Assembly (NCBI GenBank): GCA_018970765.1
Contig: JAGWVT010000005.1
Span: forward strand, 28,867-52,866
Source of the DNA: Actinomycetales bacterium
GTDB taxonomy: Bacteria > Actinomycetota > Actinomycetes > S36-B12
Reading direction: 5' to 3'
DNA: 24,000 nucleotides
Positions 16,433-24,000 of the stretch are shown here, piece by piece. Every line of letters starts with the position of its first letter. The stretch's first letter is position 1. The position numbers were made by a program, and so were the translations under genes. The notes below the pieces were generated by a model. It ran no database searches. It had not been told where the DNA came from and saw only the letters and a list, made by a program, of their open reading frames with translations.

Positions 16433-18219
16433 GGAGTGGGTGCTGGCTCGGTAGGTGCCGGTTGAGTTGGCGGCGCTTCCGTGGGGCCAAAGGTGGGCGG
16501 TGCTTCCGTCGGGACATTGCTGGGCACGACTGAGGCCACGGCAGTGGTGATCGTCACCACCGAGCCACGAGGCAGCACAGAGCCTGCTTCGGGTGCTTGG
16601 GCCAGCACAGTGCCGGCTGCCGCGGAGCCGTCCTCTTGCTCGACGACCTGGACCTGGAAGCCAGCTTGCGTCAGGTCTGACAGCGCCTGTGCCTGGTCGA
16701 AGCCAACAACGTCAGGCACCTTCACCTGACCCGAGGCAACCGTGATCGAAACCTGTGATCCGACGGGAACTTGCGTGCCGTCACTGGGATCCTGGTCGAG
16801 CACGTAGCCGGCAGGTTGGCCAGAACTTCGTTCCTTGATCGTGCCGAGCACGAGATTGGCGTCCTCCAAGGCCACCCGCGCCGCTTCCACTGAGGTGAGG
16901 CCAACCAGATCGGGGACGGTGGACTCTTCCAAGCCGGTGCTGATCGTGACGTTGACAGCCTGACCCAGTTCGAGGAGTTCACCTGCTGCGGGCTGCTGAG
17001 CGATGATCGTGCCGCTTGGGCGTTCGGAGAATTGCGGTGTCTGAGCGCCAAGGGTGAGCTGGAAGTCACCGAGCTCGGTCTGAGCCTGTTCGATGGTGAG
17101 CCCGTCCAGATTCGGCACCTGCACGCGGTTTCCGGAGGTGTCACCGAAAAGGAAACGCCCGATGAGCAGTGTTCCGGCGACTGCTGCAGCGATTGCGACC
17201 AGGCTTACGATCCAGAATCCGACCCCACGGCGCGCTACGGGCGCCTTCCGTGAGCCTCCTTTGCTGCTCCCGGATGCTTCCAAGGGAGTTAGTTGCGCGG
17301 TGCGATCCATGACGACTGCGGGCACAGCCGCGGTGACCTGTCCACCATCCAGCACTCTCTCAATGTCAGCGCGGAATTCAGCAGCTGACTGGTACCGATC
17401 GTCAGGACGCTTAGCAAGTGCATGCAACACGATCGCATCGATCTGCGGTGGAATTCGCGGATCGATCTGTGACGGTGGGGTTGGCATCTCAGAAACATGC
17501 TGGTACGCAATCGCTACCGGGGAATCACCCGTGAAGGGTGGCTGGCCGGTCAGTAACTCGTAGAGCAGGACTCCGGTGGAGTACAGATCACTGCGGGCAT
17601 CGACGATCTCACCGCGAGCTTGTTCGGGTGACAGGTATGCGGCAGTACCCATGACGGCAGAAGCCGTGGTCATCGTCGTACCAGCATCGTTGATGGCACG
17701 GGCGATACCGAAGTCCATGACCTTCACATCCCCGGAGCGGGTGAGCATCACGTTCGCCGGTTTGATATCGCGATGGACAATGCCATGGCGGTGCGCGTAG
17801 TCCAAAGCCGACAGGATGCCGGCGGTTATCTCCAAGGCGCGTTCCGGGAGCAGCCTTCGGCCTCGGGAGAGAAGTTGCCGCAGCGTCATGCCGTCGACGT
17901 ATTCCATGACGATGTACGGGACGATCACAGGTTCGATAGAGCGGTCATCCCCAGAGCCACCCGCCGCAAGTTCGTCTTCGCCGGTGTCGTACACCGCCAC
18001 GATGTTCGGATGATTCAACGCCGCGGCTGACTGCGCTTCACGGCGGAATCGCACCTGGAAAGCTGGATCGCGAGCAAGATCGGCGCGCAGGATCTTGATG
18101 GCGACCCTTCGGCCCAGTCGCAGGTCGCGTCCCTCACGCACCTCAGCCATACCACCACGACCGATCACATCGGTGACCTCGTAGCGATCACCGAGCATTC
18201 GACCTTGGGTGCTGCTCAC
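16429..18219 (-). CDS. pknB: Transmembrane Ser/Thr protein kinase PknB with three extracellular PASTA domains
   Basis: A 596-aa ORF with the Hanks kinase motifs GRGGMAEV, VAIKIL, HRDIKPANVM, DFGIA and YLSPEQ. It has a single TM helix (FWIVSLVAIAAAVAGTLLIG). Three roughly 65-aa PASTA repeats begin VQVPNLDGLT, TVPDLVGLTS and VKVPDVVGFD. It ends in a Pro/Thr-rich tail. Confidence 0.95.
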   Translation of the reverse strand: MSSTQGRMLGDRYEVTDVIGRGGMAEVREGRDLRLGRRVAIKILRADLARDPAFQVRFRREAQSAAALNHPNIVAVYDTGEDELAAGGSGDDRSIEPVIVPYIVMEYVDGMTLRQLLSRGRRLLPERALEITAGILSALDYAHRHGIVHRDIKPANVMLTRSGDVKVMDFGIARAINDAGTTMTTASAVMGTAAYLSPEQARGEIVDARSDLYSTGVLLYELLTGQPPFTGDSPVAIAYQHVSEMPTPPSQIDPRIPPQIDAIVLHALAKRPDDRYQSAAEFRADIERVLDGGQVTAAVPAVVMDRTAQLTPLEASGSSKGGSRKAPVARRGVGFWIVSLVAIAAAVAGTLLIGRFLFGDTSGNRVQVPNLDGLTIEQAQTELGDFQLTLGAQTPQFSERPSGTIIAQQPAAGELLELGQAVNVTISTGLEESTVPDLVGLTSVEAARVALEDANLVLGTIKERSSGQPAGYVLDQDPSDGTQVPVGSQVSITVASGQVKVPDVVGFDQAQALSDLTQAGFQVQVVEQEDGSAAAGTVLAQAPEAGSVLPRGSVVTITTAVASVVPSNVPTEAPPTFGPTEAPPTQPAPTEPAPTP

Positions 18220-18226
18220 GGGGTCA

Positions 18227-19669
18227 TCATCCCAGTACCGCTTCCATGACGGCTCGTGCGATCGGTGCGGCTAGGCCATTACCGCTGATTTCGGGGGTCG
18301 GGGCTTCTTCGATTGCAACGGCAACCGCGACCTGTGGCGCCTGAGCTGGTGCAAACGCGATGAACCACGCAACCGAGGGTCGATCAGGTGCAGTCTGCGC
18401 AGTGCCGGTCTTGCCGGCAACTGCGATGCCGGGGATACGGCCGTTACCCCCAGTTCCCTGCTCCACCGCCTGCACCATCATGTCCGTCAACTGTCGCGCG
18501 TGATCGAAGGACATAGCAGTGGCGAACTCCTGCGGTTCGGTTGTCTGCAAGATGGCCAGGTCTGGGCCTCGGATCTCCTGAACCAGGTACGGAGCCATGG
18601 TTACCCCGCCATTTCCAATGGCTGCAGCAACCATGGCCATCTGCAGGGCGGTCGCCCGGACATCGAACTGCCCGATCGCGGTGAGCGCAGTCTGCGGAAC
18701 ATCTGGGTCCTCGGGAAACCGAGAGGTGGCTGCGCGAAGTGGAATCTGGAACCCACTATCGAATCCCATGAGGGACGCCTGGCGCCGAAGTGCATCAGCC
18801 CCAAGTTCCACCCCCAGCCACGCGAACGCAGTGTTACAACTAATTGCTAGGGCTTGACGCAGGGTGACTTTGCCTTTGGGTCCACATGCTTGCCCATTCC
18901 AATTACGCAGTTCGGTGGTGGTGCCGGGCAGGGTGTAGGTCTTCGGCCCCGGAAGGACTGAGTCAGGGGTGAACTTGCCGGAGGCTAGGGCAGCGGCTGC
19001 CGTGATCACCTTGAATGTCGATCCAGGTGGGTTCAGTGAGACGAGTGGTCGATTGAGCAGTGGCTCATCCGGATCAGCGGTGAGTTCCTCGTGATAGTCG
19101 CGGACCTGTTGCAGGTCATGGCTGGCTAATAGGTTCGGGTCAAACGATGGAGACTGGGCTGACGCGAGGATCCGGCCAGTCGCCGGCTCAATAGCGACCA
19201 CGGCACCCCGCAGACCTTGCAGACCTTCCACCGCTGCTTCCTGTGCATCCGCGTCGATGGTGGTGGTTACGGCACCACCACTGGGTTTGCGGCCGGCAAA
19301 CAACTGCTGCAGGCGGTCGACGATGAATAACGAGGACTGTCCAGTGAGGACACGATTCTCGGTTCGCTCCAGCCCCGTCGTTCCGTAGATCAACGACATG
19401 TAGCCGGTGATTGAGGCGTAGGCATCGCCGAGTGGATAGCGACGTTGGTACCGGAGCACGTCACCGGTCTCCACCGACCTAGCCACGGGTTCGGCACCAA
19501 CGAGGATCGGTCCACGTTCCCGGTCGTACTCCTCTAACAGCACTCGTTGGTTTCCTGGTCGATCGCGGTAGTCCTCGGCGAGGAAGACCTGAATGATCGT
19601 GACATTCGCGATGAGGACGACTAAACCAACACCGAGGAACAATGCGATGAGACGTATCTGACGATCCAT
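18227..19669 (-). CDS. pbpA: Penicillin-binding protein A (class B transpeptidase)
   Basis: A 480-aa ORF with an N-terminal TM anchor. It has the SxxK motif (GSTFKVITAAAA), SxN (AISCNTAF) and KTG (AGKTGTAQ). It sits in the rodA-pbpA-pknB order. Confidence 0.93.
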   Translation of the reverse strand: MDRQIRLIALFLGVGLVVLIANVTIIQVFLAEDYRDRPGNQRVLLEEYDRERGPILVGAEPVARSVETGDVLRYQRRYPLGDAYASITGYMSLIYGTTGLERTENRVLTGQSSLFIVDRLQQLFAGRKPSGGAVTTTIDADAQEAAVEGLQGLRGAVVAIEPATGRILASAQSPSFDPNLLASHDLQQVRDYHEELTADPDEPLLNRPLVSLNPPGSTFKVITAAAALASGKFTPDSVLPGPKTYTLPGTTTELRNWNGQACGPKGKVTLRQALAISCNTAFAWLGVELGADALRRQASLMGFDSGFQIPLRAATSRFPEDPDVPQTALTAIGQFDVRATALQMAMVAAAIGNGGVTMAPYLVQEIRGPDLAILQTTEPQEFATAMSFDHARQLTDMMVQAVEQGTGGNGRIPGIAVAGKTGTAQTAPDRPSVAWFIAFAPAQAPQVAVAVAIEEAPTPEISGNGLAAPIARAVMEAVLG

Positions 19670-21033
19670 CAGGGCCGGACCAGCGCTGTGGGCATGTCAC
19701 TGGTTGGTGGCAGCACAATCTGTGGCTGACGCGCCCGATCGGAGATTCGTAGCAGCAAAGCGATGATGATCCAGTTAGCGACCAGCGACGATCCGCCATA
19801 ACTCAAAAAGGGTGTCGTCAAGCCGGTTAGCGGGATCAAGCGAGAAATCCCACCGATGATCACGAAGATTTGTAGGGCCAAGGTGATGGAAAGTCCAGCG
19901 GCCAGCAGTTGGCCGTAGGGGTCCTTGATCGTGATTGCAGTGCGCAACCCTCGCTCAATAAGTAGTGCGTAGAGCAGGAGCAGGGCTATGACGCCGGTAA
20001 GTCCGAGTTCCTCTGCGAATCCAGTGACAATGAAGTCAGTACTCGCGAACGGAACGTAGGTCGGGAATCCCTGACCAAGGCCGGCGCCGAGTATCCCGCC
20101 GTTGGCAAAGCCGTAGAGCGACTGCACGAGTTGGTAGCCCGAGGTGTCTGCATAGGCCCATGGGTCGAGCCAGACAAGAACTCTGGATCGGACATGCGAG
20201 AAGAGCAGGAAAGCCAACGCACCACCGACAAGGAACAGACCCGTACCAATCACCAGCCAGGAGCGACGCTGCGTGGCGATGAAGAGCATGGCGACGAAGA
20301 GGCCGAAAAACAACACTGAGGTGCCCAAGTCACGCTCGAAAACCAAGACGGCCAGTGAGATGAGCCAGGCGATAACGATGGGCCCCAAGTCTCGTAGTCG
20401 TGGCAGGGGAACGCCCCAGCGCTTCGTTCGAATCACGGCCAGCGAATCTCGTTTCACCACGAGGTAGCCGGCGAAGAAACAGGTCAGGAAGATCTTGGCG
20501 AATTCTGCTGGCTGAAAGGAGAAATTGGCGATGCGAATCCACAGCGTGGCGCCGTTGACTGTGGTGCCGATGATTGGCACAAGCGGCAGGACGAGCAAGA
20601 GGAGTCCGACAAGTCCAAGTGTGTAGGTGTATCGCTGCAATCGACGATGGTCACGAAGCAGGATGAGCACAGCGGTGAAAAGGACGACAGCCACAGCGAA
20701 CCAGGTGAGTTGCGCATAGACGTCCGGAGTCGGAGCTGGTGCGGCATTGCGAGCTGCCCGCTGTGCGGCCGCGACGTCAATGCGATAGATCATCACCAGG
20801 CCCAGCACTGTCAGCATCACTGCAAGCGGAAGTAGGAGTTGATCTGCATTCGGTGCCCGCAGTAGCACGGTGACATGCATGCCGAGTGACAGCACGACCA
20901 CGGCGACAACAGTGATCCATAGCCGGGTTGGGGTGCCTTCCCCGGTTGCCCAGCCAATCTGCACGGTGCCGAATGCTCCTACTGCCCAGGCCAACACGAG
21001 GAGGCCCAATTCGACGGGTCGACGGAAGCTCAT
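19669..21033 (-). CDS. rodA: SEDS-family peptidoglycan glycosyltransferase (FtsW/RodA)
   Basis: A polytopic membrane protein with conserved SEDS segments (FQPAEFAKI, DLGTSVLFF, ASTDFIVTGFAEELGLTG, PLTGLTTPFLSYGGSSLV). I prefer the start at ATG 21031-21033 (MSFRRPVELG), which gives a one-base TGATG overlap with the pstP stop. The track start at 21075 would overlap pstP by 43 nt. Confidence 0.88.
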   Translation of the reverse strand: MSFRRPVELGLLVLAWAVGAFGTVQIGWATGEGTPTRLWITVVAVVVLSLGMHVTVLLRAPNADQLLLPLAVMLTVLGLVMIYRIDVAAAQRAARNAAPAPTPDVYAQLTWFAVAVVLFTAVLILLRDHRRLQRYTYTLGLVGLLLLVLPLVPIIGTTVNGATLWIRIANFSFQPAEFAKIFLTCFFAGYLVVKRDSLAVIRTKRWGVPLPRLRDLGPIVIAWLISLAVLVFERDLGTSVLFFGLFVAMLFIATQRRSWLVIGTGLFLVGGALAFLLFSHVRSRVLVWLDPWAYADTSGYQLVQSLYGFANGGILGAGLGQGFPTYVPFASTDFIVTGFAEELGLTGVIALLLLYALLIERGLRTAITIKDPYGQLLAAGLSITLALQIFVIIGGISRLIPLTGLTTPFLSYGGSSLVANWIIIALLLRISDRARQPQIVLPPTSDMPTALVRP

Positions 21034-22331
21034 CACGCGGTGGGGCAACCGGCGGGAGGGTTTGGGCCTAGACAATCGATGGCCTTCTGCCGCATCTGTT
21101 CAACGATGCGCTCGGCGTCCACCTGACTGTTCGCCGGGATGGTGCGAGTCAGTAATTCTTGGTCAAAGGCAGGCAGCGAGCCCAGCGGCACCGATGTCGT
21201 GGTGATGAGCGTGGTCAGGTGCAAACCCAACAACTCCTGGGGGACGCCCTGGTAGATCGCGACCACGGGCGTTGATTGGGATCCCTGCGTCGACATCACC
21301 GTTCCGACATACCACTGGGTGGTAGTCCAACTCCGCAAACCAAGAACCAATGCCGCAACCAGGCCGACGAGCACAGCCAACGTCACCCCAATCCAAAGGC
21401 CACGTCGCTGGTGATTGGCTGGTTGCGTACGACGGCGTGTACCGCGGCTTCCTGCGCCCAGCGGGAGCGGCTGCGTGGCTGTTCGACTCGCGTCCGGCTG
21501 CGCATCACGCGGAAAGGTGACCTGTGGGAGCCGGTGACGAACGCGAGCCTCACCAGCGGCGCCAACGACGACAGGTTCTTGATCTGTGGATAAGTCATCA
21601 AGGGCATCGACCAAATCAACAACATCGGCAACGACAACCGTGACGTTGTCCGGTGCACCGCGCTCCAATGCTTCATCAACCAGTTGCGTCACGCAGCCGG
21701 TTGCGTCACGTTGGGCCAAGATGAGTTGCAGTCGTTCGTCGGCAATAACACCAGTGAGTCCATCTGAACACAACAGGTAGCGATCACCAACCCGAGCTTC
21801 ACGCACCGACAGGTCGGCCTCGACGGGGGTGATGCCATCGAGTGCCCGTGTCAGTAGTGAGCGCCGGGGGTGCTTGGCCGCCTGTTCTTCGGTGAGTCGC
21901 CCGGCATCCACCAATGTTTGAACGTATGTGTGGTCATGGGTCAATTGAACGAGCGCACCGTCCCGCAGTAGATACGCTCGCGAATCGCCAACGTGGACCA
22001 CCGCGATTCGACCGCCCAGCCATGCCAGACCCGTCACCGTGGTGCCCATGCCAGCCAGTTCAGGTTCTGCGGCAACAACTGATCCGAGACTGACTCCCAC
22101 TCGATCGACTGCGTCAGCCAGCGCACCTAGGGCGTCCGCAGCGCTCGGTGGATTCTCATTCAGGCTCGATAGCGTCGCCACAGCGATGGCTGACGCGAGT
22201 TCACCGGCTGCGTGACCACCCATGCCATCGGCAACCAGCAGCATGCGGGGGCCGGCGTAGCCGGAGTCCTCGTTGCCGGCCCGAACGAGGCCAACATCCG
22301 ATCGCGCCGCGTAGCGCAAGGTGAGGGGCAT
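21033..22331 (-). CDS. pstP: PP2C-family Ser/Thr phosphatase PstP with a TM segment and an extracellular C-terminal domain
   Basis: The start is taken at Met38 of the track ORF (MPLTLRYAARSDVGLVRAGNEDS), 10 nt after the fhaB stop. It has the PP2C metal-binding motifs VADGMGGHAAGE, LLCSDGL and GAPDNVTVVVADV. A TM helix (LWIGVTLAVLVGLVAALVLGL) follows. Confidence 0.92.
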   Translation of the reverse strand: MPLTLRYAARSDVGLVRAGNEDSGYAGPRMLLVADGMGGHAAGELASAIAVATLSSLNENPPSAADALGALADAVDRVGVSLGSVVAAEPELAGMGTTVTGLAWLGGRIAVVHVGDSRAYLLRDGALVQLTHDHTYVQTLVDAGRLTEEQAAKHPRRSLLTRALDGITPVEADLSVREARVGDRYLLCSDGLTGVIADERLQLILAQRDATGCVTQLVDEALERGAPDNVTVVVADVVDLVDALDDLSTDQEPVVVGAAGEARVRHRLPQVTFPRDAQPDASRTATQPLPLGAGSRGTRRRTQPANHQRRGLWIGVTLAVLVGLVAALVLGLRSWTTTQWYVGTVMSTQGSQSTPVVAIYQGVPQELLGLHLTTLITTTSVPLGSLPAFDQELLTRTIPANSQVDAERIVEQMRQKAIDCLGPNPPAGCPTA

Positions 22332-22341
22332 TGACAGGCCC

Positions 22342-22818
22342 TTACCTACGCGCCTGAATGGTGGTGCGTCCAACGCGCAGATTGCTACCCACATGCAGCA
22401 CGGCGGGCTCGGTGATGCGCGTACGTTCGATCCAGGTGCCATTGGTGGAGCCGAGGTCTTCCACGACCCAGTCCGTGTCGACGAGGCAGATGCGGGCGTG
22501 CCGACTTGAGGCGTAGTCGTCTTCGATCACCAATGTGGAGTCCGGGGCTCGGCCGATGGTGATCGCCGTGGTGCCCAAGGGCACCACAGTGCCGGCCAAC
22601 TCCCCTTCCGTGACGACCAACTTGCTCGGCTGGCGGCGCCCGGCCCGTGGCAGACGGCGCGAGCGACGATTCGGCCCTGGCACTACGACGGCACCAGTAC
22701 GCGCCGTCTGTGCAGGTTGGCGCAGGTCACGACTCAAGGCGATGACGGTGAACACGACGAAAGACCAGAGCAGTGCCAGGAAAGCAAGACGAACGACAGT
22801 GAGTGCGAGATCGGACAT
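22342..22818 (-). CDS. fhaB: FHA-domain membrane protein FhaB/FipA
   Basis: A 158-aa ORF with an N-terminal TM helix and a basic linker. Its C-terminal FHA domain has the motifs IGRAPDSTLVIEDDYASSRHARI and DLGSTNGTWI. Confidence 0.88.
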   Translation of the reverse strand: MSDLALTVVRLAFLALLWSFVVFTVIALSRDLRQPAQTARTGAVVVPGPNRRSRRLPRAGRRQPSKLVVTEGELAGTVVPLGTTAITIGRAPDSTLVIEDDYASSRHARICLVDTDWVVEDLGSTNGTWIERTRITEPAVLHVGSNLRVGRTTIQARR

Positions 22819-23499
22819 CTACTGATCCCGGTAAGTGAATTCTGTTGACCCAATGCGAATCGTGGTGCCGTCGACCAGTGGTAACTCAGCGACCTTACGG
22901 TCCGCAACATACGTGCCATTGGTGGAGTTCAGGTCCCGCAGTAACACCGCCTGCCCAAGCACAACTTCACAGTGGTGACGCGAGGCCGCCGGATCATCGA
23001 TGCGGATATCTGAATCCGTTGATCGACCAAGGCGCGTCACGGGCTGGAGTAGTGGGTACGAAACGTCGTCAATAACGAGCCGGGGTTGATTGGTGATGAC
23101 CGCGGGCTCACGGAGGCGTGACTGAACGTCGGCTCTGGCATCACTTCGTACTCGGAACAGGCCGGTTTCCAGTTCGTGATCCAACCCCAGGTGCACCTGT
23201 GGCGAGCCAATGAGCAGGTACCCCTGTTGATCCGCGTAGGCCTGGACATAGCCAGCCAGTTCAATGCAGACCTCGTCATTGAAGACCGCTAGTCGCTGGT
23301 AGTCATGGTCGGAGAGCTCAACGGTGAAGACGTTGGGAACGACTGTTCGGTCACGATCCACGACAGCGCAACGATCGTCCATTTCGCGCTGCAGCGCGGC
23401 GGCCAACTCAACGGGCTGGACCTCGGATTTGAAGGCACGCGCGAAGGCACCATTGACCAGCCGATCGAGGGAGTCCTCGAATCGCTCTAGCAGGCCCAC
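22819..23499 (-). CDS. fhaA: FhaA-type protein (N-terminal DUF3662 domain plus C-terminal FHA domain)
   Basis: A 226-aa ORF with a GTG start preceded by GGAGG. The N-terminus MGLLERFEDSLDRLVNGAFARAFKSEVQPVELAAALQREMDD is typical of FhaA. The C-terminal FHA domain has LGRSTDSDIRIDDPAASRHHCEV and DLNSTNGTYV. It is the short-linker form compared with the M. tuberculosis protein. Confidence 0.88.
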   Translation of the reverse strand: MGLLERFEDSLDRLVNGAFARAFKSEVQPVELAAALQREMDDRCAVVDRDRTVVPNVFTVELSDHDYQRLAVFNDEVCIELAGYVQAYADQQGYLLIGSPQVHLGLDHELETGLFRVRSDARADVQSRLREPAVITNQPRLVIDDVSYPLLQPVTRLGRSTDSDIRIDDPAASRHHCEVVLGQAVLLRDLNSTNGTYVADRKVAELPLVDGTTIRIGSTEFTYRDQ

Positions 23500-23610
23500 G
23501 TTGCCTCCGGTCCGCCACCAAGGGACACCGGCGTCCCGTGCTCGCGTATCAGATGCTAACCGGCAAGGTCTAGACTCCTAGGGCCCGAAGGTCAACACTG
23601 CGGGTAGCAG

Positions 23611-23697
23611 GCGCGAGTGGCGGAATAGGCAGACGCGCACGGTTCAGGTCCGTGTGCCCGTAAGGGCGTGGGGGTTCAACTCCCCCCTCGCGCACCA
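23611..23697 (+). tRNA. tRNA-Leu (anticodon CAG), 3' CCA encoded
   Basis: Hand-folded cloverleaf. The acceptor is GCGCGAG/CTCGCGC and the anticodon arm is CACGG-TTCAGGT-CCGTG. There is a long variable arm (TGCCCGTAAGGGCGT), and the T arm is GGGGG-TTCAACT-CCCCC. The discriminator is A and is followed by CCA. Confidence 0.9.
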
Positions 23698-23703
23698 GCA
23701 TGA

Positions 23704-23739
23704 GCGGCCCTCGTCCCACGACGCGTGGGGCGGGGCCGC
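23704..23739. terminator. GC-rich imperfect hairpin just 3' of tRNA-Leu (possible terminator)
   Basis: GCGGCCC (23704-23710) pairs with GGGCCGC (23733-23739). These enclose an inner perfect stem CCCACG-acg-CGTGGG (23715-23729). No U-tract follows. Confidence 0.3.
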
Positions 23740-23843
23740 GTCCTTGCTCAGGAAGACTGCGCCAAATTCGCGCAGTCGTGCGGTCACCCGAGCCGCAGTC
23801 AGGTGAACCAGGGCGCCCTGATGACGGTGTACACGAGGATGGG

Positions 23844-24000
23844 TTACACGAGGAAGTTTGCGAACTGCCAGGGATCCTCGTCGTCGTACACCTTTCCGTT
23901 CCAGCCCTCGAATGGATCGAACCGGTGCTGAGTCGGAGTCCAGGAGACTGCCGTCGATCGCAGTTCACCCAGATACGGGTTCGCCACGCCAAGGACCTCG
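23844..24000 (-). CDS. 3' end of an unidentified protein-coding gene (5' part lies outside the window)
   Basis: The minus-strand frame is open from the window edge to TAA (tta at 23844-23846). It reads ...EVLGVANPYLGELRSTAVSWTPTQHRFDPFEGWNGKVYDDEDPWQFANFLV*. The composition looks protein-like, unlike the overlapping 140-aa track ORF that runs through tRNA-Leu. I do not recognise a family. Confidence 0.4.
   Translation of the reverse strand, partial: EVLGVANPYLGELRSTAVSWTPTQHRFDPFEGWNGKVYDDEDPWQFANFLV

Noticed and set aside
22332-22442. 37-codon N-terminal extension of pstP that overlaps the fhaB 3' end
   Set aside because: PP2C phosphatases of this cluster start at M-x-L-x-L-R-Y. Met38 gives exactly that sequence and sits 10 nt after the fhaB stop.
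23570-23992. 140-aa minus-strand ORF
   Set aside because: It runs straight through the tRNA-Leu gene (23611-23697) and the GC hairpin. A different minus-strand frame gives a more protein-like gene end at 23844.
1-24000. Search for CRISPR arrays, defence or toxin-antitoxin modules, transposases, prophage genes or long repeats
   Set aside because: I saw none. Every gap over 100 bp is explained by oriC, promoters, tRNAs or convergent gene ends, and every sizeable ORF is either a recognisable housekeeping gene or an antisense shadow ORF.

Overview
This window is the replication-origin-proximal core of a high-G+C (roughly 60% by eye, not computed) Actinomycetota chromosome. Gene content and order closely track the Mycobacterium tuberculosis Rv3920c..Rv0020c region. 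On the minus strand: jag/khpB (5' part), yidC, yidD, rnpA, rpmH. On the plus strand: dnaA, oriC, dnaN, recF, DUF721/DciA, gyrB, gyrA, DUF3566, tRNA-Ile, a small DLW-39-type ORF, tRNA-Ala, cyclophilin ppiA, a rhomboid protease and a thiolase. Next come crgA (minus) and a trpG/pabA-type amidotransferase (plus). The minus-strand cell-wall/division signalling operon fhaA-fhaB-pstP-rodA-pbpA-pknB follows, then tRNA-Leu and the 3' end of an unidentified minus-strand CDS. All genes look intact and tightly packed, many with overlapping stop and start codons. I found no transposase, integrase, CRISPR array, defence-type gene set or compositional island. I therefore do not think this window contains a novel multi-gene system and would rather say so than invent one. 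The items worth a second look are small-scale. They are a candidate origin-unwinding module (tandem DnaA boxes plus a phased CTA trinucleotide array), an extra-origin DnaA-box-like cluster downstream of crgA, and an unlisted 41-codon DLW-39-type ORF between two tRNAs. Others are a single-kinase (pknA-less) version of the pknB cluster, a thiolase translationally coupled to the ppiA-rhomboid unit, and several short tandem repeats at gene ends. All protein calls rest on motif recognition in the supplied translations, and no database search was run.
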